Shown here in pieces: positions 29,919 to 42,306 of a stretch of DNA of 64,000 nt (position 1 is its first letter; each line of letters begins with the position of its first letter). Made by a program: the position numbers and the translations under genes. The stretch is from Hydrurus foetidus (lineage: Eukaryota). The notes below the pieces were generated by a model. That model saw only the letters and a list, made by a program, of their open reading frames with translations, did no database searches and was not told where the DNA came from. Location: the NCBI GenBank assembly GCA_900617105.1, contig UYFQ01000023.1, positions 434,001 through 498,000 of the forward strand, written 5' to 3'.

Positions 29919-31175
29919 ATGTACCCACGTAATATTCTTGTTGAACAAGCTGACCCCGAGTTGTTTGCCGCCATCCAAGCGGAAAACGCCCGTCAAGAAC
30001 ACCACATTGAGCTGATCGCCAGCGAAAACTACGCCTCACCCGCCGTGATGGCCGCGCAAGGCTCGCAGCTCACCAACAAATACGCCGAAGGCTACCCAGG
30101 CCGCCGCTACTACGGTGGTTGCGAGCATGTGGACGTGGCAGAAACCCTGGCCATCAACCGCCTGCGCCAGCTCTTTGGTGCGGATAAATACAACTGGGCA
30201 GCCAACGTGCAGCCCCATTGCGGCGCATCCGCCAACGAAGCTGTGTTCCTCGCCTTCTTGAAGCCCGGCGACACCATCATGGGCATGAGCTTGGCCGAAG
30301 GCGGTCACTTGACCCACGGTATGCCGCTCAACATCAGCGGCAAATGGTTCAACGTGGTCAGCTATGGCCTGGATGCCAATGAAGCCATTGACTACGACGC
30401 GATGGAGCGTAAGGCCCACGAATCCAAGCCCAAACTCATCATTGCAGGCGCATCAGCTTATTCTTTAGCTATAGATTTTGAGCGTTTCGCCAAAGTCGCC
30501 AAAGATGTGGGCGCGATTTTCATGGTCGATATGGCGCACTACGCCGGTCTGATTGCTGCGGGCGTTTACCCCAGTCCCATCCCGCACGCGGATGTCGTCA
30601 CCAGCACCACCCACAAGAGCCTGCGCGGCCCCCGTGGCGGCATCATCTTGGTCAAGCCTGAGTATGAAAAAGCCATCAACAGCGCCATCTTCCCCGGCCT
30701 GCAAGGTGGCCCGCTGATGCATGTGATTGCAGCCAAAGCCGTCGCCTTCAAGGAAGCGCTGTCGCCCGAATTCAAAATTTACCAACAGCAAGTGCTGAAA
30801 AATGCCCAAATCGTGGCACAAACCCTGACCGAGCGCGGCCTGCGCATCGTCAGTGGCCGCACCGAAAGCCATGTGATGTTGGTCGATCTGCGTGCCAAGG
30901 GCATCACCGGCAAAGAAGCTGAAGCCGTGTTGGGCAGCGCCCACATGACGATCAACAAAAACGCCATCCCCAATGACCCTGAAAAACCCATGGTCACCAG
31001 CGGCGTGCGTATCGGCACCCCTGCCATGACCACACGCGGCTTCAAGGACGAAGAAGCCCGCGCCACTGCCCATTTGATCGCCGACGTGCTGGACAACCCA
31101 CGCGACACAGCCAATTTGGACGCGGTACGCGCCAAAGTCCACGCCCTGACCAGCCGCTTCCCCGTCTACGGCTAA
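29919..31175 (+). CDS. glyA: Serine hydroxymethyltransferase
   Basis: [49 protein letters not shown]. Confidence 0.98.
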   Translation: MYPRNILVEQADPELFAAIQAENARQEHHIELIASENYASPAVMAAQGSQLTNKYAEGYPGRRYYGGCEHVDVAETLAINRLRQLFGADKYNWAANVQPHCGASANEAVFLAFLKPGDTIMGMSLAEGGHLTHGMPLNISGKWFNVVSYGLDANEAIDYDAMERKAHESKPKLIIAGASAYSLAIDFERFAKVAKDVGAIFMVDMAHYAGLIAAGVYPSPIPHADVVTSTTHKSLRGPRGGIILVKPEYEKAINSAIFPGLQGGPLMHVIAAKAVAFKEALSPEFKIYQQQVLKNAQIVAQTLTERGLRIVSGRTESHVMLVDLRAKGITGKEAEAVLGSAHMTINKNAIPNDPEKPMVTSGVRIGTPAMTTRGFKDEEARATAHLIADVLDNPRDTANLDAVRAKVHALTSRFPVYG

Positions 31176-31181
31176 GCGGCC

Positions 31182-31631
31182 ATGAAATGCCCCTTCTGTA
31201 GCCATGCAGAAACGCAGGTCGTAGAGACACGCATTGCCGAAGAAGGGGATTTCATACGCCGCCGTCGCCAGTGCGGTAGCTGCGAAAAGCGCTTCACGAC
31301 CTACGAGCGCCCCGATGTGAACTTCCCCGCTATCGCCAAAAAAGATGGTCGCCGGATTGACTTTGAACGCATCAAACTCCGTGCCAGCATGAACTTGGCC
31401 CTGCGTAAACGCCCCGTCAGCACAGAGCAAGTGGATGGCGCGGTAGAGCGAATCGAAGAGCACCTGCTCAACCTGGGCCTGCGCGAAGTCACCTCTGCCA
31501 GCATCGGCGAGCTGGTGATGCGCGAACTCAAGAAACTAGACAAAGTGGCCTATGTGCGGTTTGCCAGTGTGTACAGAAACTTTGAGGATATGGATGCGTT
31601 TCGGGCATTGGTGGACGAGGTGGGGCGGTAA
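31182..31631 (+). CDS. nrdR: Transcriptional repressor NrdR
   Basis: MKCPFC...[20 protein letters not shown] cone, [10 protein letters not shown]. Confidence 0.97.
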   Translation: MKCPFCSHAETQVVETRIAEEGDFIRRRRQCGSCEKRFTTYERPDVNFPAIAKKDGRRIDFERIKLRASMNLALRKRPVSTEQVDGAVERIEEHLLNLGLREVTSASIGELVMRELKKLDKVAYVRFASVYRNFEDMDAFRALVDEVGR

Positions 31632-31704
31632 CGTCCGATAAGAGGTAGGCCACAGCCTCCTTGCGGTTGACGGGCAGGCTGCAAACAATGGCAAACTTGT
31701 GGCC

Positions 31705-32349
31705 ATGCAAGGCCCTCGACCATTTCACTCCCGTTCAGCACGGTTTCACGGCTTCACATTGATGGAGTTGATGGTGACGCTGGCTATTGCCGCGATCCTG
31801 ATGAGTCTGGCCGCGCCGTCTCTGCAAGACACCATCACAAAATCCCGCATGTCGGGTATCAGCAGCCAGTTCACTGGCGACATCATGCGTGCACGCAATG
31901 AGTCTGTAAGCCGCAATACTTGTGCGGTCATGTGCATCAGCAGCACCACGGCTGATGCCATTACGACAAACACAGCCAATCCACCCGCCGTTACAGGCGG
32001 CCCCAAATGTGCCAATACAGGAACCGATTGGCAGGCAGGTTGGATAGTTTTTTTAAAGGAAGACTGCGTCAGAGGGACTCAAATTGCCAACAGTCGCCCA
32101 GCTAGGGCTGAAGACTATTTGGTTATCCGTCCCTCTATTGGAGGCAACTTTCTTCTGAAAGGACAAGGTGGCAGTCCACCAGATAAGCTTTTTTTTGATG
32201 CCAACGGTCGTCCTGGCTTGAATGGTTCTGCTGAATTTGATTTGATTTATGGTGACATCACAACCGATGCCACTGCAAAATTCGGCACCAACATTTGCTT
32301 GGACATGGTGGGGCGCACACGCACGATCACACGGAGTGCAGCATGCTAA
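31705..32349 (+). CDS. fimT: Type IV minor pilin, FimT/FimU (GspH family)
   Basis: Prepilin motif G|FTLMELMV; ARNESVSRN; W..GWIVF. Confidence 0.85.
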   Translation: MQGPRPFHSRSARFHGFTLMELMVTLAIAAILMSLAAPSLQDTITKSRMSGISSQFTGDIMRARNESVSRNTCAVMCISSTTADAITTNTANPPAVTGGPKCANTGTDWQAGWIVFLKEDCVRGTQIANSRPARAEDYLVIRPSIGGNFLLKGQGGSPPDKLFFDANGRPGLNGSAEFDLIYGDITTDATAKFGTNICLDMVGRTRTITRSAAC

Positions 32350-32987
32350 CGATCAAACCGCCCCGCGCTGCCATTCGTGGTGTCTCGCTCATTGAGGTGC
32401 TTGTTGCCATTGTTGTCTTGTCCATCGGCATGCTAGGCATTGCGGGCTTGCAAGTTGCAACGACCAAATTTCTGCAGGGCAGCAGGAGCCGGGGCATGTC
32501 AGCGCCCTTGCTTTCTGATATCGCAAGCCGTGTGCGTAACAACGCCAATGAAGCAGGAACCAATGCCACGTCGGGTATAGAAAGCGTCTCGGCTTATACG
32601 CTAGCTGATACGTGGGCAGTGCAACAAAGCACCGCACTCACAACCCCAACACCCGCTTGCGAAGCAGCAAGCACAAGCTGCACGACCGCACAAAGAGCGA
32701 CTTACGACATGATGGTTTGGCGACAACGCGTGCGTGCATCATTCCCGAGTGGCTCAGCGCTGCTTTCTGGTGATCGCAAAAATGGCTTTGACGTGACCTT
32801 CATGTGGTTTGACAAAGAGTACACAGACAAGGGAAAAAGTGCCGACACTCAACTGATCAAAGCCCCTGTGTGCAGCACAGCCACAGAGGTAGCCGGTAGC
32901 AATCGTTTAGGTCAACAAAATTGCTGTCCTAATGCGGCAAGTGCCCCTGTTGGCGTGCGCTGCAACCGTTTTTCGTTTACACCATGA
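32343..32987 (+). CDS. pilV: Type IV pilus modification protein PilV
   Basis: G|VSLIEVLVAIVVLSIGMLGIAGLQ. Confidence 0.88.
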   Translation: MLTIKPPRAAIRGVSLIEVLVAIVVLSIGMLGIAGLQVATTKFLQGSRSRGMSAPLLSDIASRVRNNANEAGTNATSGIESVSAYTLADTWAVQQSTALTTPTPACEAASTSCTTAQRATYDMMVWRQRVRASFPSGSALLSGDRKNGFDVTFMWFDKEYTDKGKSADTQLIKAPVCSTATEVAGSNRLGQQNCCPNAASAPVGVRCNRFSFTP

Positions 32988-34147
32988 ATACTGTTAGCCG
33001 CCCTCTTGCACCAAATCGAGGCTTGAGCCTCATAGAGTTGCTCGTCAGCATGGCCATCACCATGGTGCTGGTGCTGGCAGCCAGCTTGGTTTTTTTGAAT
33101 GTACGGGAAACCGATGCTACGCAGTCCAAAGCCAGTGACAGCATAGAAACAGGCACTTTTGCGTTGCAATTATTAGGGCGCGACATTGCGCAAGCCGGCA
33201 GCTACCCCGTCGTCATGCCACCTACCACCCTGTACTTTCCCAATGGAAAAACCATGGACGCCTACCCACCTGGCCCCTCCATTCCAGCAAAAACATCAGA
33301 TTGGGTGAGCCCCAATCCGGCCTACCTGTCAGGCATTTACGGCTGCGAGGGCGGAACCTTCAACTCCAATACCGCCAGTTGTGATACATCCACCATATTG
33401 ACTGGGTCGCCTTACCGGTCTGCGCCGGATTCCATTGTGATCAACTACTTCACCAACGACACGTACAACATGGCGTCCGTTTCATCTGTAGGCAATCGCC
33501 GCGATTGCACGGGTTCAGATGCGGGCAACGATGCTGTGAACGCAATCAGAAAGCTCAATAAAACGCCCAGCGCAAGTACACCCCCAACACCACCAACACC
33601 CACCGTCGAAGACCAAGATTTACCCCCACAACTTCCGTTGTTTGCATCCAATCGGTATAGTTTAAGCGCTGAAATCAGCGTTGAAATTGACAAACAAACC
33701 ATCAAGACCCGCAGCTTAGCCTGCAATGGCAATGGTGCCAGTGGCAGCAAAACAGGTACCTTAGTCAGCATCTATCAGCCCATTTTGCTGGGTGTCGAAG
33801 ACCTTCAAATTACCTATGGGGCCTTTGATGCTGTTGCAGCAGGCTCCACTTTACTGTCGTTGGCACCCACCCGCTTTTATACCGCCACAGAGATCAATGC
33901 CCTGCTTCCCATAACCGTAGACACTAAAACCTACAGCAAATGGGATCGTGTTTCCGCTGTGCGTGTCTGCATGATGACGGCGACACTGGGCAGAAACACG
34001 CGCATCGCTGATGCCAGCACAACACCCCAAACGTACCTCGATTGCACGGACGACACACCTCAGAACTATGCTGCCAATGACAACGTCATCCGCAAGCGGC
34101 ATGTCCAAGTGTTTGCTGTGCGAAACCGCCTCACTCAGTCGTACTAA
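32984..34147 (+). CDS. pilW: Type IV minor pilin PilW
   Basis: G|LSLIELLV, RDIAQAG, GVEDLQITYG, W.RVSAVRVC, VRNR. Confidence 0.88.
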   Translation: MNTVSRPLAPNRGLSLIELLVSMAITMVLVLAASLVFLNVRETDATQSKASDSIETGTFALQLLGRDIAQAGSYPVVMPPTTLYFPNGKTMDAYPPGPSIPAKTSDWVSPNPAYLSGIYGCEGGTFNSNTASCDTSTILTGSPYRSAPDSIVINYFTNDTYNMASVSSVGNRRDCTGSDAGNDAVNAIRKLNKTPSASTPPTPPTPTVEDQDLPPQLPLFASNRYSLSAEISVEIDKQTIKTRSLACNGNGASGSKTGTLVSIYQPILLGVEDLQITYGAFDAVAAGSTLLSLAPTRFYTATEINALLPITVDTKTYSKWDRVSAVRVCMMTATLGRNTRIADASTTPQTYLDCTDDTPQNYAANDNVIRKRHVQVFAVRNRLTQSY

Positions 34148-34163
34148 CAGTCGTACTCAAGCC

Positions 34164-34838
34164 ATGCGATCTACTGACTACCCACCGCAGCATCAGCCTC
34201 GAAAACACCACCAGCATGGTGTATCTTTGATCGTGGTGTTGTTGTTTTTGATGGCGATCACAGGCATTGCCGTGCTGTCCGCCAGAAAAGCCACCTTAGG
34301 TGAAGGTGCAGGACGCAACGAACTCGACATGGAAGTGGCGCGCCAAGCTGCCGAATCAGCCTTGCGCGATGCAGAGCGCGACCTTTCGCGCTCTGCAGTC
34401 AACACCAGCAATGCGTCATGCACACGCCCCGCCGTTTTGGCATTTGACTCTACCTGCCCAGCGGGCTTGTGCCGTCTGAGCGCCAGCGGGCTCTATGCCA
34501 CGTCAAACTGGAGCACACCCGGAACAACCAGCAGTGAGCCCTGGTGGCCTACAAGCAAGGGGGGGCGGTGGAACGACGACCCCACAACTAAGCCGTCACG
34601 AACCCCACTCAGTAGCAGCAATTGCTCCACTTTTACAGGTGGTGTGCCTTTAGGCACCTACACCGGTACTGCGGCCATGCGTGGCGTTGCTGTTCAGCCA
34701 GAGTACATGATCGAGTACTTTCAGAAAAAAATCATCGGCGGGCAAGAAGCTGATGCCTACCGCATCACTGCGCGTGGCTTTGGCTACACACGCCGCACCC
34801 AAGTCGTCTTGCAGACGGTATTTGTTACCGAAGAATAG
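34164..34838 (+). CDS. pilX: Type IV minor pilin PilX
   Basis: G|VSLIVVLL (no Glu5, typical of PilX), QAAESALRDAE, YRITARGFG. Confidence 0.88.
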   Translation: MRSTDYPPQHQPRKHHQHGVSLIVVLLFLMAITGIAVLSARKATLGEGAGRNELDMEVARQAAESALRDAERDLSRSAVNTSNASCTRPAVLAFDSTCPAGLCRLSASGLYATSNWSTPGTTSSEPWWPTSKGGRWNDDPTTKPSRTPLSSSNCSTFTGGVPLGTYTGTAAMRGVAVQPEYMIEYFQKKIIGGQEADAYRITARGFGYTRRTQVVLQTVFVTEE

Positions 34839-34891
34839 CCCTCGAAGGCTCCCCAAGAAACACAGGCCTCAATGTGCCTGCTGGAGAAATC

Positions 34892-37800
34892 ATGTTGCAT
34901 CGTTTTTCACTGCCTTGCGTTATAGCCCCTTGCATGGCTTTGGCCTGCTTACTGGCACCGTCCCTGGGTGGTAGCACCCCTGTGGAGGTGTCAACACCCA
35001 GAGCGGCAGTGCCTCCCAATGTGGTCACAACATCCAGCGCACCCATGATGATGCTAACTGCGTCGAAAGACCACACGCTGTTTGGCCCTGCATACAGCGA
35101 TTTTGAAGACTTGGACGGTGATGGAATCATTGACACAACCTTCAAACCTACCTTCCAATATTACGGCTATTTCGATCCTGGGAAATGCTATGTCTACAGC
35201 ACATCCAGCAGTCAATTCAACCCCGTTGCTGCGACGATATCCAAAACCGTCTCTGGCACGGTATACCCCTATACCTGTGATTCATCTCAAAGCTATTGGA
35301 GTGGGAATTTTCTGAATTGGTCGTCGATGACGCGGCTAGACGTGGTGCGAAAAATGCTTTATGGCGGTAAACGCAGCACCGATACAGGCACATCAACTGT
35401 CTTGGAACGCGCCAACCTCAGCTATGACGCACACTCATTTGTTAAGTATTACCGAGGCACAGACATCAGAGACTACACACCGTTCACGACCACAGCTCTC
35501 ACCAAAACGACCGGGGCTAACGCCAACGTCTATGCAGGACTAAGTATCTGCAGCACAGGTTCAGCCGACAGCCCAACCAACGCACCGGTCATGCGCATGG
35601 TCAAAGGCAATGTCCGTTTATGGGCCACGGTTGAAACCACGGTGTGCCGCTGGAGCAGCGAGTACGGCTCGGGCACGTTTGGCCCCAAACTGGCAGCCTA
35701 CTACAACGATGCAGACAAAGGTGCAGGCGGTATCAAGCATGAAATATCGATCCCTAGCTCAACCACAGATGGTGCGTCCTATGGTGGCATTGGCCCTGAG
35801 CTGACATTGCGCGTTAACGCCTGCGATGCAACGCTGTTGGGCAGCGAACACTGCCAAGCCTTTCCTCCAGGCTCCACCACCAATTTCAAACCCTACGGTT
35901 TGCTTCACGAATTCGGTTATTCCAGCAGCGGTGGCGCAGTTCGTGCTGAGTTTGGATTGATTTCCGGCAGTTACGACAAAAATTACACAGCCGGTGCTTT
36001 GCGCAAAAACGTAGGAGATTTTGCCGATGAGATTAACGCGACCACGGGTATTTTTTGCCATAACCCTTCATCAGGTTGTGCCTCCACTTTGGCAGCCCCC
36101 GACGGGCGTACCACGGGTAACGGGGCCATTAAAGCCTTGGACGCTATACAGCTTTTTGGGCGTGCTAATGGGGGATACGGATCTGGTGGCGGCCCCAGCA
36201 ACATCGGCGAGGGGACACTACCGGCCTGGGGGAACCCCATGGGTGAAATGGTGACGCAGGCCCTGCAGTACTTTTCTTACAACGGCACCACCCCCGCACC
36301 AAATAACCCATCATCCACAGGCAACGACACCAGCGCAGGCGCACCGGTACAAGCATGGCAAGACCCGTTAACGGGTACAACGGCTCGCGACACCAACCGC
36401 AAAGCCTTGTACGGTAACGCCATATGCCGCCCCATGAACATACTGGCACTTTCAAGCAACGCGCTGAGCTTTGACGGCCAAGCCGCAACGCCATTCGCAA
36501 CATTGCCTAACCTAGCTAACGGAAGCATAGCTAACGGGGGGGTGAACGCCTACACTGACAAAGTAGGATTAGCGGAAAGCTTGAACGGCAGCCTACGTTC
36601 CATCGGATCGGTAGACCTGAGCCAAAATAGCGGCTACGGCACATCTTGCTCTGCAAAAACAGTGGGCACGTTGTCCAACGTATCCGGTATCTGCCCAGAG
36701 GCTCCCGCAATGGGCGGCACCTACCAAGTAGCCGGTGCCGCGCTGTATGCGAACACAGGAAAAATTCGCAATATCACGTCACCCCCCAGTGATTTGGGCA
36801 CGGTACAAGATGCACTGAAAGTCAAAACGCTGGCCGCATCGCTGACGGGCGGCTCTCCTCGGATTGACATCCCGGTACCCGGCACAAACCCCGTCAAGTA
36901 CGTCTATATAACTCCGGAAAGCATCATGGGAGGTGGGTCTATCGCTGCACCCTTGACTTTTGCGTCAGTCAACTCAGGCCCAACCTACGGAGCCTTCATT
37001 GTCTCGTGGAACGACATTTTGATGGGTGGCGACTATGACATGGACATCACTGGTTTTCTGCGCTATGACCTTATTGCCAATACTGCCAGCCCCAGTGGCT
37101 GGGATGTCAAAGTCACAACAGACATCCCTAGCATATGTGGAGGCGCAGATGGCACCCATGGCTTTAGCATCATTGGTGTGCAAAAGGCAGGTGTCACGGC
37201 CAATGGGCGCTACCTGACCCACCAGCATAACGGTAACAGCACCGCCAAAATAATGGATAGCATGCCCGCTATCACGGAATACCTGTGTGGTGATCCAACC
37301 TACCGTGCCAAAACGCTGACCGCCACGCTGACACCATCAGCATCGACCACAGGACTTGCGGCAACGGTAGCCAACGTCACATACGCCGATTCGGTATGCA
37401 ATATCACAGGCAACGGCCAAAGTTACGACCCAAATAATCCAAATCTAGCTGGATATTGCACCGTCAAGCCCTACGCCTACCCCGTCAGCTTAACTTTCAA
37501 CATGGTTGGCGAAACCAGTGCGTTGATCAATGACCCTCTGTGGTATGCAGCCAAGTACGGCAACTTCAAGTCAAGTACAAAGAATCCGGATGGTACTTAC
37601 ACCGAAGTCCCCCTGCCTACAGCCCAAAACTCGTGGGACAGCTTGCTTCAAGACGGCACTTCAGGCACCGATGGCGTCCCAGATGGCTACTTTTTAGCCC
37701 GTCGTCCCGATTTGCTGGAGGTACAACTGCGGCGTGCACTGAACGCAGCCACCAGCAAATCCAACGCATCGCCAGCCACATCATCCGCACGCTTGGTCAA

Positions 37801-39919
37801 TGGAACCTACAAGTACGTGGTCAGCTTTGACCCCAATGTCTATAACGGCAACCTTGAGGCTTACCCTGTGCTGTCTTCCGGGGATTTTGATACCAGCCCT
37901 CAGTGGAGAGCCGGGCAAATACTCGGTTGCAGAACCAAGGGAGGATGCATAGGCGTTGCAGGGGACAACGGGGACTCTCGGGCCATCATCACCAACAGTG
38001 GCAATGGCAGCGCTGCGGGCATTCCGTTTCTTTGGGCCTCTTTGCCAGCAGCGTACATCGCACAAATGACCACAGCCAGCACCAATGTGCTCTCCACGAC
38101 CAATGCTCAAGCGGCACTGGCTTATGTGCGCGGTGACCGCAGCAAAGAATCTGACAGTAATCTGCGCCAACGCAATGACAATGTACTCGGCCCCATTGTG
38201 AACTCCACCCCTTGGGTACAGAGCCCCCCTTCCGCCAACTATTTTGGTTCAGATTTCAAAGGCTACAGCACCTTTTCGACAGACAATGCTGCACGAAGCA
38301 GTTTGCTGTGGGTCGGTGCCAACGATGGCATGCTGCACGCCTTCAACCCCAATACCGGGGCTGAAGTATTTGCTTACGTGCCCGGCATGATGGCCAACCG
38401 CTTGGCTGAAATCCCTCTGCAGCGCAATGGCTCCGTCACCAGTTTAAACAGCACCAAGTTTGTGACCGGCCTAGAGAGTCGCCCCAGCGGCAATATTTGG
38501 CCTTATGTGGATGGCAGCCCCTTCGTTGGCGACATTCGATTGGGTACCGATTCCACGGCAACCGCTGCAACAACAGCAGGTGCAGCAGCCATGTGGCGCT
38601 CCTACCTGTTCAGCAGCTTGGGGCGTGCTGGGCGCGGCGTGTTCGCGCTGGATGTCACCAGCTATAGCAGTTTGGCTGCCGGAGCGACCAATGCGGCTTC
38701 CATCTTCAAGTGGCAATTCAGCTCGGATGACGATGCCGATTTAGGCTACATCCCCAACGATTTTTCGACGAACAACTCATCACGCCAGCCCATGCCCATT
38801 GCCAAGCTGAACAATGGCAAGTTTGCCTACCTGATCGGCAACGGCTACAAATCTACCAGCGGCAAAGCAGCACTCTACATTTTGTTCGCTGATGGCCCTA
38901 CAGGCACAGGTGGGACATGGCAAAACGGCACGGACTACATCAAACTCACGGCAAACGCCGGTCCGAACAATGGTTTGTCACAAGTAACATGGTTGGATTT
39001 AGACGGCAACGGCACCGCCGATGTGGCCTACGCGGGCGATTTGCTGGGCAATATGTGGAAATTCGATTTAAGCAGCACCACAGCTGGCCAGTGGACTACC
39101 GCTTACGGCACTACATCAGTGCCCAAACCACTCTTTACTACGCAGTCAGGGACTACCCCCTTACCCATCACCACCACCCCAGAATACGTCTACGGCCCCT
39201 TCGATGGGCCGGTCATTTTGTTCGGCACAGGCAACGCCTTTGAAAGCACAGACTACCCTAAAACCTCGGTCAACCAAGGTGTTTATGCCATCTGGGATCG
39301 ACCCGATTTTGCGTATACAACAAGCCCCCGTGCCCTCCCCCCACTCGATAAATCCACGTTAGCTGCGCGCACCTACTCCAGGGATGCAACGACTGGCAAT
39401 GTCACCATCACAGGCACAACCTCTGATGTGGACTGGAGCACTCAAGATGGTTGGTATGTCGCATTACCAGGAAGCTCTGAAATGGTGGTGTCAGACCTTG
39501 ATCTCCGCTCCCGTGTGCTGGCATTCACGACCATACGCCCGCCCATCAACACCAACACCTGCACGACACGGCCAGATGCCTCACAGTTCATCATTGACCC
39601 CTTGTCAGGCACAGCAAAACGCAACAGCTTAGGTGCCGGTGTCATCGCTGTGACCAGCCTTGATCAAAAAACAAAAATCGTGTCCGATGCCACCGGTAAA
39701 TCGTTTGTTGTCCCTAGAATTGCATGCACGGCAGGAACACCTGGCTGCACCTGTGTTGGCTCAATTTGCACCAAACCAGACCCCAGCCAAAAGTCAACTT
39801 GCGGGAATGGCCAAAAATCACCCCGCATTGTGGGTGAAAACACCAACAGGTCGTTGTGCTTCAATGCAACACCCCGCCAACAGTGGCGCGAAATTCCAGG
39901 ATTACGGACTGACAAATGA
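34892..39919 (+). CDS. pilY1: Type IV pilus tip adhesin PilY1/PilC
   Basis: [29 protein letters not shown]-terminal propeller [40 protein letters not shown]. Confidence 0.9.
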   Translation: MLHRFSLPCVIAPCMALACLLAPSLGGSTPVEVSTPRAAVPPNVVTTSSAPMMMLTASKDHTLFGPAYSDFEDLDGDGIIDTTFKPTFQYYGYFDPGKCYVYSTSSSQFNPVAATISKTVSGTVYPYTCDSSQSYWSGNFLNWSSMTRLDVVRKMLYGGKRSTDTGTSTVLERANLSYDAHSFVKYYRGTDIRDYTPFTTTALTKTTGANANVYAGLSICSTGSADSPTNAPVMRMVKGNVRLWATVETTVCRWSSEYGSGTFGPKLAAYYNDADKGAGGIKHEISIPSSTTDGASYGGIGPELTLRVNACDATLLGSEHCQAFPPGSTTNFKPYGLLHEFGYSSSGGAVRAEFGLISGSYDKNYTAGALRKNVGDFADEINATTGIFCHNPSSGCASTLAAPDGRTTGNGAIKALDAIQLFGRANGGYGSGGGPSNIGEGTLPAWGNPMGEMVTQALQYFSYNGTTPAPNNPSSTGNDTSAGAPVQAWQDPLTGTTARDTNRKALYGNAICRPMNILALSSNALSFDGQAATPFATLPNLANGSIANGGVNAYTDKVGLAESLNGSLRSIGSVDLSQNSGYGTSCSAKTVGTLSNVSGICPEAPAMGGTYQVAGAALYANTGKIRNITSPPSDLGTVQDALKVKTLAASLTGGSPRIDIPVPGTNPVKYVYITPESIMGGGSIAAPLTFASVNSGPTYGAFIVSWNDILMGGDYDMDITGFLRYDLIANTASPSGWDVKVTTDIPSICGGADGTHGFSIIGVQKAGVTANGRYLTHQHNGNSTAKIMDSMPAITEYLCGDPTYRAKTLTATLTPSASTTGLAATVANVTYADSVCNITGNGQSYDPNNPNLAGYCTVKPYAYPVSLTFNMVGETSALINDPLWYAAKYGNFKSSTKNPDGTYTEVPLPTAQNSWDSLLQDGTSGTDGVPDGYFLARRPDLLEVQLRRALNAATSKSNASPATSSARLVNGTYKYVVSFDPNVYNGNLEAYPVLSSGDFDTSPQWRAGQILGCRTKGGCIGVAGDNGDSRAIITNSGNGSAAGIPFLWASLPAAYIAQMTTASTNVLSTTNAQAALAYVRGDRSKESDSNLRQRNDNVLGPIVNSTPWVQSPPSANYFGSDFKGYSTFSTDNAARSSLLWVGANDGMLHAFNPNTGAEVFAYVPGMMANRLAEIPLQRNGSVTSLNSTKFVTGLESRPSGNIWPYVDGSPFVGDIRLGTDSTATAATTAGAAAMWRSYLFSSLGRAGRGVFALDVTSYSSLAAGATNAASIFKWQFSSDDDADLGYIPNDFSTNNSSRQPMPIAKLNNGKFAYLIGNGYKSTSGKAALYILFADGPTGTGGTWQNGTDYIKLTANAGPNNGLSQVTWLDLDGNGTADVAYAGDLLGNMWKFDLSSTTAGQWTTAYGTTSVPKPLFTTQSGTTPLPITTTPEYVYGPFDGPVILFGTGNAFESTDYPKTSVNQGVYAIWDRPDFAYTTSPRALPPLDKSTLAARTYSRDATTGNVTITGTTSDVDWSTQDGWYVALPGSSEMVVSDLDLRSRVLAFTTIRPPINTNTCTTRPDASQFIIDPLSGTAKRNSLGAGVIAVTSLDQKTKIVSDATGKSFVVPRIACTAGTPGCTCVGSICTKPDPSQKSTCGNGQKSPRIVGENTNRSLCFNATPRQQWREIPGLRTDK

Positions 39920-40419
39920 GCACTTGCACACCACAATTCCGCAGAAACTCTCAGTTTGGCTTTACCTTGATTGAGTTGATGATCACGGTGGCTATCGTGG
40001 GCATACTGGCCGCGATAGCATTGCCCTCGTTCAACGAGCAAATTGCCAAAAGCCGCCGCGCCACAGCCAAAGCCACCCTGCTTTCAGCGCAACAGTGGGT
40101 AGAGCGGTTTTATTCTGAAAATTACAGCTATGCGGCAAACTCTGCCAACACAGCGATAGACGACGCCAGCCAATTCGGTGCTCGCTTCACCACATCCCCT
40201 CCACCAGGGGAAGGCACAGCGATGTACAACATCACATTGGGGACACCGCTGGTCGTCAGCAGCTATAGCATTTCTGCAACCCGGGCAACCAGTAGCAACA
40301 TGGCAAGCGACAGGTGCGGCGACTACACCATTGACAACTATGGGCGCAAAAGCCTCGTTAACTGGAGCACGTCCAAATTTGCAGACTTAGCAGCAGCTAT
40401 CAACTACTGCTGGAACTGA
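39916..40419 (+). CDS. pilE: Type IV minor pilin PilE
   Basis: [28 protein letters not shown]...CW terminus. Confidence 0.9.
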   Translation: MSTCTPQFRRNSQFGFTLIELMITVAIVGILAAIALPSFNEQIAKSRRATAKATLLSAQQWVERFYSENYSYAANSANTAIDDASQFGARFTTSPPPGEGTAMYNITLGTPLVVSSYSISATRATSSNMASDRCGDYTIDNYGRKSLVNWSTSKFADLAAAINYCWN

Positions 40420-40428
40420 GGTCTGACC

Positions 40429-41553
40429 TTGTCCATCGCTATTGACCGGGTGTCACTGGCCCTCAGCCTTGCCGAGTCAGCCCTTTACTTAACCTCCCCC
40501 AACCCCCGCGTAGGCTGCGTCATCACTGACGCGCAAGGCCAGATCCTAGGCCAGGGCCACACCCAACGCGCTGGCGGCCCACACGCTGAAGTGATGGCGC
40601 TGCGCGATGCCCAAGCGCAAGGCCACTCGGTCAAAGGGGCCACCGCCTACGTCACCCTGGAGCCCTGTGCTCACCAGGGCCGCACCGGCCCTTGCTGCGA
40701 TGCGCTCATCACAGCTGGCATTGGCAAAGTCGTGGCCTCCCTGGCTGACCCTAACCCGCAGGTTGCAGGCCAGGGCTTTGCGCGGTTGCGGGCAGCAGGT
40801 GTGGACGTTGAAATCGGCCCCGGTGCTAGCGCTTCCCGCGAACTCAATATCGGGTTTTTCAGCCGCATGGTCCGCAAAACGCCGTGGGTGCGCATGAAAA
40901 TCGCCGCCACTTTGGACGGCAAAACAGCGCTGCCCGATGGCCGCAGCCAGTGGATCACCGGCGCCCTAGCCCGTACCGACGGCCATGCATGGCGTGCCCG
41001 CGCCTGCGCGGTGCTCACAGGCATTGGCACGGTGCTGCAAGACCGGCCACGGCTGGACGTGCGGCTGGTGGACACCCCGCGACAACCGCATTTGGTGATC
41101 GTAGACAGCAAGTTAGAAACGCCGCTGGATGCTCCTCTTTTCATAGCTTGCCGCGCCGTATTCATATACTGTGCAACCGAAAATAAAGCTAAAAAACAGG
41201 CTCTGGAAGCCTTGGGGGCCACCGTTATCTGCCTGCCGGGGGCCATCAGCAGCCCTGGCACGCTACCCAAAGTGGATTTGACTGCCATGCTGCAAGATTT
41301 AGCCCGCCGTGAGGTGAACGAACTGCACGTTGAGGCCGGTGAAAAGCTCAACGGGTCGTTGATCCGCGAAGGCTTGGTGGATGAGTTTTTAATCTACCTC
41401 GCGCCCAAACTCATGGGCCAAGGCTTGGGGATGGCCGCTTTCGGGCCACTGGCCCAACTGTCTGACGCGCTGGCCTTGACCTTCACCGCCACCGCGCTGT
41501 GTGGCGCTGATTTGCGCGTGCTGGCAAGGGTGATGGGGCGCGATCTGTTTTGA
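40429..41553 (+). CDS. ribD: Riboflavin biosynthesis deaminase/reductase
   Basis: SPNPRVGC, HAEV, TLEPC...PCC, SQWITG, VEAG. Confidence 0.96.
   Translation: MSIAIDRVSLALSLAESALYLTSPNPRVGCVITDAQGQILGQGHTQRAGGPHAEVMALRDAQAQGHSVKGATAYVTLEPCAHQGRTGPCCDALITAGIGKVVASLADPNPQVAGQGFARLRAAGVDVEIGPGASASRELNIGFFSRMVRKTPWVRMKIAATLDGKTALPDGRSQWITGALARTDGHAWRARACAVLTGIGTVLQDRPRLDVRLVDTPRQPHLVIVDSKLETPLDAPLFIACRAVFIYCATENKAKKQALEALGATVICLPGAISSPGTLPKVDLTAMLQDLARREVNELHVEAGEKLNGSLIREGLVDEFLIYLAPKLMGQGLGMAAFGPLAQLSDALALTFTATALCGADLRVLARVMGRDLF
41131..41147 (+). repeat. Dispersed 17-bp element inside ribD
   Basis: GCTCCTCTTTTCATAGC-TTGCCG-CGC-CGTATTCATA. Confidence 0.72.
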
Positions 41554-41640
41554 CCCCAAGCGCACGCATGGGATGGCTGTGCGATACCCCTAGGATGCCC
41601 GTGCGACAGAGACGCTCGTAAACCCTGCGAAAATACGCGG

Positions 41641-42306
41641 ATGTTTACAGGAATCATCACTGCCGTAGGGCACATCGTCGCCGCGCTTTCCCTCGGGGAC
41701 ACCGCACAGCATGGCCAACGCCTCACCATCGCCACGCCGCCAGACTACCTCGCCGATGTGGGCTTGGGCGACAGCATCGCCATCAACGGAGCCTGCATGA
41801 CGGTCACAGGGCTGGACTTGGCACAGGCGCAGTTCACCATCGACATTTCTGCCGAGTCGCTGGACAAAACCACGGGGTTGACGGTACCGGCCACCGTCAA
41901 TTTAGAAAAAGCCCTGCGTGCCCATGACCGCTTGGGCGGCCACATCGTCTCGGGCCATGTGGACGGCACCGGCCATGTCAGCCACTTTGCCCAGGTGGGC
42001 GAAAGTTGGGAACTGCGCATCTTGGCCCCCGCCGGGCTTGCCAAATACTTGGCCTACAAAGGCTCGATCACCGTCAACGGTGTGAGCCTGACGGTCAACC
42101 GCGTTGAGGATGCCGTTGACCCAGTTGACTGCTGCACCATCAGCATCAATCTGATCCCACACACCGTCCACAACACCGCACTCCACACCTTGACGACGGG
42201 TGCGGCCGTGAATTTAGAAATTGATTTGATAGCACGGTATGTAGAGCGGATGCTCAGTGCCAGCCTTTTAGCCCCCTCTGCCTCTCTTTCAACGACAACC
42301 CCATGA
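41641..42306 (+). CDS. ribE: Riboflavin synthase (alpha chain)
   Basis: [41 protein letters not shown]. Confidence 0.96.
   Translation: MFTGIITAVGHIVAALSLGDTAQHGQRLTIATPPDYLADVGLGDSIAINGACMTVTGLDLAQAQFTIDISAESLDKTTGLTVPATVNLEKALRAHDRLGGHIVSGHVDGTGHVSHFAQVGESWELRILAPAGLAKYLAYKGSITVNGVSLTVNRVEDAVDPVDCCTISINLIPHTVHNTALHTLTTGAAVNLEIDLIARYVERMLSASLLAPSASLSTTTP
42217..42233 (+). repeat. Dispersed 17-bp element inside ribE (degenerate)
   Basis: GAAATTGATTTGATAGC with local TTA/ATA/GTA codons. Confidence 0.45.

Noticed and set aside
30468..30484. GCTATAGATTTTGAGCG in glyA, with rare TTA/ATA codons
   Set aside because: Spacer one base short and tail does not match; possible degenerate copy, not counted.
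36515..36531. GCTAACGGAAGCATAGC in pilY1
   Set aside because: Spacer not AT-rich, no tail, and explained by a local TAGCTAACGG duplication.
41554..41640. Possible FMN riboswitch before ribE
   Set aside because: Too short and lacks the conserved RFN motifs.
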